DNA from: Chthoniobacterales bacterium
GTDB taxonomy: Bacteria > Verrucomicrobiota > Verrucomicrobiia > Chthoniobacterales > UBA10450
Assembly (NCBI GenBank): GCA_038230335.1
Contig: JBBRNL010000003.1
Coordinates: forward strand, 59,085-123,084
DNA length: 64,000 nucleotides
Reading direction: 5' to 3'
This document shows positions 28,468 through 34,773 of this stretch, piece by piece. Positions within the stretch are counted from its first letter, which is position 1, and every line of letters begins with the position of its first letter. The notes beneath the pieces were generated by a model. It was not told the DNA's origin. It saw nothing but the letters and a program-made list of their open reading frames with translations, and did not search any database. Position numbers and translations under genes: made by a program.

Positions 28468-31400
28468 CGAAAACCCGCGATTATTCCGCGTTCCAAGTCG
28501 CGGACTTTTTCGTTCTGCGGACACCGCTGCTCTCTTTCGACGAATTTTTGAAATGGAGCGATGGCTTGAAGGCACCCCAGGCGATGAGCGATCCCGTGAG
28601 TTTGCCCGAAGCGATCTCGGCCGATCGGCAGAAACTTGGGCTCGCCCTGCGCGAAATCATGTCGCGGCCGGAGGTGCGGGAAGCGCTCTTCGTTGCATCG
28701 CCTGAACTGGAAGGAACTTTTTCTTTGTGGAACGGCCAGCCGGAGACCGAGCGAAGCCGTGGCATCGACCTATCGATGGCACGATATTTCTCCCGCATGA
28801 CGGGCCGGGCCACGCCTTTCGGCCTGTGCGCCGGTTGTTCCGTGGGAAAGATCGGTGCAGTCGCAGCTCTTAGGATCGCCGAGCGATCGAGCTGGAAAAA
28901 GCACACCCAGCTGAGTGTGGAATATTTGTCCGCCCTGGCCGATTCGTTAGGGAGCGATGCAACCGTGCGGGACGCTTTCCTCTATTGGCCGAATTCCAGC
29001 CTGTATCACATGGCTGGCCATTTTCGCTATCTGGAGCGATTCAAAAAGGCCGGCAAAGCGCACTCTTATCATCTGGTGGCGGTGGAAGATTCGGAAGCTC
29101 TTACTGAGATTCTTCAACGAGCCGGGAATGGCGCGCTTTTTTCCGATCTGGTTTCCTCCGTGACAACCGCTGAGATCTCTTCCGCCGAGGCCGCGGAATA
29201 TGTGCAGGACCTGATCGACAACCAAATCCTGATTCCAGATATCATCCCACCGGTCACGGGAGAGGAACCAGCCGAAGTTTTCGTGCAGCGCCTAAGAGAG
29301 CATCTTCCCACAAGTCCGGTGGCCGCCAAGATAGCTGCGGTCAACGAGAGTCTGGCCGCCATGGACCGCACGGGAGTGGGCACCTCCCCGCAGGCCTATC
29401 GCGACGTTGCAACTCTTCTTCAGTATCTCCCGGTCGCAGCCGAACTATCGCACTTGTTTCACATCGACATGATCAAGCCGGCGGGTGAGCTGACGTTGAG
29501 CCAGGCTGTCTTGAACGAGTTGCTGCACGGCGTAAGAATTCTTCATTCCCTAGCCCGGCCAGATGCAACTGCCGCTCTTCTGACGCCGTTTCGCCAGGCT
29601 TTCGTTGACCGTTACGACCGGGAGGCGGTGCCGATCCTGGAGGCGCTGGATGAAGAAGCCGGAATTGGATTCCCAGTCTCGCCCACCTTCGATGCAGCTT
29701 CTCCTTTGCTTAAAGGACTTACGTTTTCGAATCCGGTTTCTCCGACTCAGCCGTGGTCTACCCGCGAGAAATTCCTGCTCCATAAGTTAGGGGAGGCGCT
29801 CAGCCAAGGCGCTCAGGAGATCGTTCTCGACGAGCACGAACTGGACGAAATCGCTCACCCGACGCGATTCGATCTGCCGGATGCATTCGCGGTTATGGCC
29901 AGAGTAGCGGCCGCTTCGGAAGCCGCGATGAATGAAGGCGATTTCCGCGTCTTCGTCACCGGTGTCAATGGACCCTCCGGCGCATTCTTTTTCGGTAGAT
30001 TCTGCCATGCGGCGCCCGATCTTAGCGCGCACGTCCGCGAACACCTGCGCGCGGAGGAACAATTGCGCCCGCACGCCATTTTCGCCGAGATTGCATACTT
30101 GCCTGACGGTCCTTTTGGAAATCTGGCCGTGCGACCAGTCCTGCGGGAGCATGAGATTCCCTGCTTCACGCCTTCCGGCGTAAGTCACGATAAGCAAATC
30201 GAGCTGGCTGATTTATTTCTCAGGGTTCGCGGGGATCGTGTAATTCTTTTTTCAAAGAGCAGGGATCGCGAAGTGATTCCGCGGTTGACCAGCGCTCATG
30301 ACTTCGACCGACAAGGCCCGCCTCTGTATCGTTTCCTTTGTGCCCTGCAAGATCAGGGGACAGCGCCGCTCGGATGGGATTGGGGAGATCTGTGGGGCGC
30401 GCCATTCCTTCCCCGGGTCGTTTGCGGGAAAATCGTTTTGGCTCGTGCGCGCTGGTTGGTCACCGCCAAAGAGATCGTTCCGCGTCAACCGGATCCCGCC
30501 GCATCCTTCGCCGCCTTGCAGAAATGGAGGGCCGACCACCGGGTCTGCCGATTTGTCGCCTTGGTAGAGGGCGAAGGCGATCAGGCACTTGCCTTGGATC
30601 TCGACAACGTTATTTGCGTTGAGATTTTGCTCCGAAAACTGAAGCCCGGTGTGGAACTCGCCCTTCTCGAGATGTTTCCCAGTCCGGATCTGCTGCCCGT
30701 GTCTGCACCGGACGGTCGTTACACGCACGAGTTAATTGTCCCTTTCGTGCGGACGCGATTAACCGGTGTCCCGATTGTGCCGTCCTCAGCCAGGATTAAT
30801 CAGGGTCTTACCGTCGGGGCGCGGGTCTTCCCACCCGGTTCCGAATGGCTTTACGCAAAACTCTATTGCGGCCCGGTGACGGTGGATCGTTTGCTCCGCG
30901 GAATGGTCGCTCCGCTCGTAAAGGAATTCGCCGGCGCCGGCGCGATCGACCGCTGGTTTTTCATTCGCTACCGCGATCCGGATTGGCATTTGCGCCTTCG
31001 GTTTCACGGAAAGATTCGCGATTTGCAGGAGACGGTGCGCCCGGCCCTTGAGAAAGCAGCGGAGTCTTTGCTCGATGGCCGCGAAATCAGACGCGTTCAA
31101 TTCGATACCTATGAACGTGAGATTGAGCGATACGGGGGATTGGAGGCGATGCTCTTGAGCGAGCAACTGTTTCAGGCCGACAGCGAGGCGATTCTGTCGC
31201 TTCTCGATGGACTCGCACAATCTGGCGCAGATGCGGATCAGCGTTGGCGGGTAGCCTTGCTCGGCTTAGACAGATTATTGTCTGACTTTGAATTCAATCT
31301 CCCAACCAAGCGCGCGATCGTCGAAAATTGGAGGTTGGATCTGGCTCGGGAGTTCCAGGTGAATGCCGGGATGAAAAAAGAATTAAGCGATCGATTCCGC

Positions 31401-31694
31401 CAGGAGCGCAAAGCCCTCGAAGGGTGGCTTTCAAAACCATCAGAGGCGAGCGAGGCGTCCGCCATGAGCGAAAAAGTATTTCGACAACGATCGGGAGAGA
31501 TTATTCCGATCGTCGCGAGCCTGAAGACAATTGAAAAAACGAATGGGTTGACCTCCCCGCTCTCAATGCTGGCCGCTTCCTACCTGCACATGCACGTCAA
31601 CCGCCTCCTTATCTCTACTCATCGGGCACACGAATTGGTTTTGTACGACTTCCTTGTGCGCCTCTATGATTCGAAGATCGCTCTTGCTCGTTGA
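28464..31694 (+). CDS. lanB: full-length class I lanthipeptide dehydratase (LanB: glutamylation + elimination domains)
   Basis: ORF 28422..31694. The ATG at 28464 overlaps the upstream stop (ATGA). The N-terminus FQVADFFVLRTPLLSFDEF is typical of Lant_dehydr_N. The C-terminal WLYAKLYCG...IDRWFFIRYRDPDWHLRLRFHG is typical of the SpaB_C/elimination domain. The product is 1076 aa. Confidence 0.9.
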   Translation: MTKTRDYSAFQVADFFVLRTPLLSFDEFLKWSDGLKAPQAMSDPVSLPEAISADRQKLGLALREIMSRPEVREALFVASPELEGTFSLWNGQPETERSRGIDLSMARYFSRMTGRATPFGLCAGCSVGKIGAVAALRIAERSSWKKHTQLSVEYLSALADSLGSDATVRDAFLYWPNSSLYHMAGHFRYLERFKKAGKAHSYHLVAVEDSEALTEILQRAGNGALFSDLVSSVTTAEISSAEAAEYVQDLIDNQILIPDIIPPVTGEEPAEVFVQRLREHLPTSPVAAKIAAVNESLAAMDRTGVGTSPQAYRDVATLLQYLPVAAELSHLFHIDMIKPAGELTLSQAVLNELLHGVRILHSLARPDATAALLTPFRQAFVDRYDREAVPILEALDEEAGIGFPVSPTFDAASPLLKGLTFSNPVSPTQPWSTREKFLLHKLGEALSQGAQEIVLDEHELDEIAHPTRFDLPDAFAVMARVAAASEAAMNEGDFRVFVTGVNGPSGAFFFGRFCHAAPDLSAHVREHLRAEEQLRPHAIFAEIAYLPDGPFGNLAVRPVLREHEIPCFTPSGVSHDKQIELADLFLRVRGDRVILFSKSRDREVIPRLTSAHDFDRQGPPLYRFLCALQDQGTAPLGWDWGDLWGAPFLPRVVCGKIVLARARWLVTAKEIVPRQPDPAASFAALQKWRADHRVCRFVALVEGEGDQALALDLDNVICVEILLRKLKPGVELALLEMFPSPDLLPVSAPDGRYTHELIVPFVRTRLTGVPIVPSSARINQGLTVGARVFPPGSEWLYAKLYCGPVTVDRLLRGMVAPLVKEFAGAGAIDRWFFIRYRDPDWHLRLRFHGKIRDLQETVRPALEKAAESLLDGREIRRVQFDTYEREIERYGGLEAMLLSEQLFQADSEAILSLLDGLAQSGADADQRWRVALLGLDRLLSDFEFNLPTKRAIVENWRLDLAREFQVNAGMKKELSDRFRQERKALEGWLSKPSEASEASAMSEKVFRQRSGEIIPIVASLKTIEKTNGLTSPLSMLAASYLHMHVNRLLISTHRAHELVLYDFLVRLYDSKIALAR

Positions 31695-31958
31695 GCATTC
31701 TCACGCAGTAGGCGCCGTGCCTGATGACGCAACTACCGCGTGCGCCTGCTGCCTTGAGGGCAAAAGGAACTAACGAGTATCATGATTGCCGGCGGCAACG
31801 GCTGAGCCTGTTCAATCTTCGAGAACACCCGGTTATTATCATCTTGTATTTTGGCCGAGTGGGCGGTATTTGCATAACTAATCACCGCAGGGTCTGTCGC
31901 TGTTCTCGAGCCTTTGCCCCTGTATTAATCGAAAGAGAAAGAGAAAGAGAAGGTAAGT

Positions 31959-32117
31959 ATGAAAAAGCCAATCAAATCCCCGAAAGGGACGAAGATCAAA
32001 GATATGGTGCCGAGGAAAGATGCCAAAGGTGGCGGCTCCAAGGCTCCCGGCGGCGTGGTCTCACCGAGCGGAATCCAAGCGAATCACAACGAAACCTTCG
32101 TTTGCGACGGTTGCTGA
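31959..32117 (+). CDS. candidate third precursor peptide (52 aa, ends ...NHNETFVCDGC), conflicts with the 5' end of the TPR ORF
   Basis: Hand translation gives MKKPIKSPKGTKIKDMVPRKDAKGGGSKAPGGVVSPSGIQANHNETFVCDGC*. A purine-rich SD-like gagaagg lies 6 nt upstream. It has a KGG-type leader end and a C-terminal Cys. It overlaps ORF 32020..33108 by 98 nt in another frame. Confidence 0.4.
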   Translation: MKKPIKSPKGTKIKDMVPRKDAKGGGSKAPGGVVSPSGIQANHNETFVCDGC

Positions 32118-33108
32118 GCGGAAGGCGGAAAATTTACGGCGCTGCGCCGATCGTGCGTGGGAGGGTGGGCAGTTCGCAAAAGCGGAGGCTTTTTACAATC
32201 GCAGCATTGGTGAGCTGAAGATATGCGTCGCGGGCTCCTGTCACGTTCGCACCTATTCAGGGTTGGGGAATCTGTACCGCTTTCTCGGGCGGTATCGTGG
32301 GGCGGAGTTGTCCCTGAGAACGGCTCTTCGCGCAGCGCTTGGCACTTTCGGCGATAGGGCGCAGGAGACCTGTGCTGTCCGCAACGACTTGGCGGTCTTA
32401 TTTAAGTATACGGGCCGCTTCCGTGAAGCAGCGGCTATTTTCCATCGTTTGTTGAAACTATCCACTTCGCCGAGGGCTGTGGAATTTTTAGAGGTCGCGA
32501 CCATTTATCATAATCTCGGTGGCCTCGAGCATGCCCGTGGCTCGTTCGAGCGGGCCGAGCGGTTCGCGCGTCAGGCAATCGAACTTCGCAAGCAGTCGCA
32601 TGGGCCGAATCACCACGCTGTGGCAGAGGACGCGGTGGCGCTCGGTGCGATCCTGGTCGAGCGCGGGAAATATCCCGAGGCGGAGCGTCTTTATAAAATG
32701 GCACTTCGCACTTTTCGGAGAAAGATCGGTTCCCACCGTTACAATATTGCCGTCGCTTTAAACAACCTGGCTGCTCTTCATCAGGCGCGCGGGGAACTCG
32801 CGACAGCTAAGCGATTCTACATGAAAGCCCTTGCCCTGAAGACGCAGCTCTTTGGTCGGAAACACGTGGATGTCGCGTTAACGCTCAACAACCTCGCTGT
32901 CCTACAGAAAACTCGCGGGGAATGGACGGCAGCGATCAGTTATTACAAGGAGGCGCGCGCAATCTTTGAAGCCGTTCTGCCTCCAGATCATCCGAAGCTC
33001 ATCAAGTGCCGCGCAAACCTGGCCAAGCTTCTGCATGAACAGGCATTGCGAAACATTCGGCCGCCGGCAAGGAAAGACAAAAAAGAGAGAGCCTGCGCCA
33101 TGCGATGA
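32020..33108 (+). CDS. tetratricopeptide-repeat protein (TPR_12 / kinesin-light-chain-like repeats)
   Basis: The repeats include YSGLGNLYRFLGRYRGAE, YHNLGGLEHARGSFERAERFARQAIEL, LNNLAALHQARGELATAKRFYMKALAL and LNNLAVLQKTRGEWTAAISYY. The first ~30 aa (Pro/Ala/Arg-rich) may not be translated, so the true start is uncertain. Confidence 0.8.
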   Translation: MPKVAAPRLPAAWSHRAESKRITTKPSFATVAERKAENLRRCADRAWEGGQFAKAEAFYNRSIGELKICVAGSCHVRTYSGLGNLYRFLGRYRGAELSLRTALRAALGTFGDRAQETCAVRNDLAVLFKYTGRFREAAAIFHRLLKLSTSPRAVEFLEVATIYHNLGGLEHARGSFERAERFARQAIELRKQSHGPNHHAVAEDAVALGAILVERGKYPEAERLYKMALRTFRRKIGSHRYNIAVALNNLAALHQARGELATAKRFYMKALALKTQLFGRKHVDVALTLNNLAVLQKTRGEWTAAISYYKEARAIFEAVLPPDHPKLIKCRANLAKLLHEQALRNIRPPARKDKKERACAMR

Positions 33109-33390
33109 TTCACGCCTAGCGATTTGATGACGACTTTCTGCGCGCGTGTCCTTCTTCCAGATACCGGATCGCATCAGGAACCTCACATTCGGACGGTAAT
33201 GAGCGAGCGTCTTGCTGCTCTGAAAGCGCAGAAGGACCTTGCCTTCTCAACCGACGCCACCATTTCGGCTTTGGCCTAGATGGCTTATGCAGCCCTCTCA
33301 GAGTAATTTATCCAGCCCGTTGCGTACTCGACTTCGTATTAGGGCCACCCGTTTTGCCCCCCTGGCATCTGAAAACCAGTCCACTCGTGT

Positions 33391-33440
33391 CCTTACTAGT
33401 CCAGTCGATTGCGTCGGACTAAGTAGGTGGTTTTTCTTTT
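33391..33440 (+). terminator. possible rho-independent terminator downstream of the TPR gene
   Basis: The hairpin is ccttactagtcc ... ggactaagtagg (about 11 bp with one bulge), followed by tggtttttctttt. Confidence 0.4.
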
Positions 33441-33500
33441 AGCGACCACCCCCGTCGCGACCTGTCCACATCTGTCCTAACGAGTCACAAAACGCAAAAA

Positions 33501-33542
33501 CTCGGTGTAAACGAGACGCTCTACCACTGAGCTAACCGCCCG
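33501..33542 (-). repeat. orphan copy of the 5' half (positions ~1-41 plus 1 upstream nt) of tRNA-Val(TAC); att-like direct repeat
   Basis: It is 42 nt and matches 25082..25123 at 41 of 42 positions (ctcggtgtaaacgagacgctctaccRctgagctaaccgcccg). No T-arm or 3' acceptor strand follows. Confidence 0.85.
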
Positions 33543-33742
33543 AAGCTTTTCTGCTGAAGAGATTTAACGTGCTTCAGCGGCTGATGCATTAAGGGGAGGG
33601 TCGACCGTTTTGCCCCCCTGAGCGTGTCCGAGAGTCCACTCCTGGCCAGAAAAGTCTGGGCTGAACGATCCGAGAATCGGCGAGCGCGTCACCTAAAATC
33701 GCCCAACTACCAGGGAAAGATACGGCGGCTAAATCGCCGACC

Positions 33743-34276
33743 TCAGTTGATGACGCGGTAAAATCGCCGCGAAAAACCCGTTACGAGCACCTTGCCGTTT
33801 GCCAAAAGGGTCGCCGTGTGACCGATGCGGACCTGCATCAGAGCGCCGGTCGTCGCCCAAGTCCCCGTCGCCGGGTTGTATCGTTCCGCGGTGTTGAGCA
33901 AAGCGGAAAAATCGGTTTGTCCGCCAGCGACCAGCACCTTCCCATCCGCCAGCAGGGTAGCGGTGTGGAAGGCGCGCGGAGCGCTCAGCGGGCCAGTTGG
34001 GCTCCCGATTGCCGTCGTGGAATCGAACAGTTCGACGCTGTCCAGATAACCACCGGCGGGCGGTTGGCCGCCAGCGAGCAGGACCCTGCCATTTTGCAGC
34101 AAGCTGGCGGTGTGCCCGGAGCGCCTCTCCGCCAGCAGGCCGGTCGATCGAAACGAAGCGGCGCTGGCGGATCGTTGGATGGCCAGTCCGAGAATCAATG
34201 CGGCGAACGCGACAAAGAGAACGCGAATCTTGAGTTTCATGCTGAGGGCCGAGATTTTTGTAGATAGAGTTGTCAC
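33743..34276 (-). CDS. Kelch-repeat protein, apparently 3'-truncated (only ~3 blades)
   Basis: A signal peptide is followed by the repeats GHTASLLQNGRVLLAGG, FHTATLLADGKVLVAGG and GHTATLLANGKVLVTG. The sequence then degenerates (FSRRFYRVIN*) in the middle of a blade. Confidence 0.6.
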   Translation of the reverse strand: MTTLSTKISALSMKLKIRVLFVAFAALILGLAIQRSASAASFRSTGLLAERRSGHTASLLQNGRVLLAGGQPPAGGYLDSVELFDSTTAIGSPTGPLSAPRAFHTATLLADGKVLVAGGQTDFSALLNTAERYNPATGTWATTGALMQVRIGHTATLLANGKVLVTGFSRRFYRVIN

Positions 34277-34773
34277 TTAGCGAGGTCCAAAGTTCCGGCG
34301 CATCGGGCTGAATATATAGTTTCGCCGGAGACTTGTCGCACTTTTCGACTTCAAACTTCCAAATCCTGGGCGGGGCCAGCTACATCGCGTAACCAGCAAA
34401 GGTTCCGCGCTCGCCTGGCCTTACCCGCCATGCTGTCGGCCAGTGCGCACGTTGGTTTCGACGTGTTTCCTACGCCCGCAGCTACCACGGGCTCACTCGG
34501 TTTTTCCCCTTTCCAGTGCGGCGCGGCTTCAGTCCATTACCCATGTTCACCTTCGAGTCCGTTCAAGTCACATTGCAGTCTCGCGTCCGCGCTACCGCAC
34601 CTTCACGAAAGATATCGACCGCGCAGCTCAAGACTTCCCATGCGACGTTCACCTCCAGCCCAGCCAGTGATATGATCAATACGCCTGACCAGGCGGTCGG
34701 CTTCAATTTCGGCGGGTAGAGGGTTGTAACCGGAGCCGGATGTACGCTAGGGAATGTCGAGGATGATTGGTCA

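Noticed and set aside
31724-32218. 164-aa ORF spanning the lanB-TPR spacer
   Set aside because: It reads through the (gaaaga)n tract as REREREGK and is Arg-rich. It has no RBS or start context, and it is out-competed by the small precursor-like ORF and the TPR ORF.
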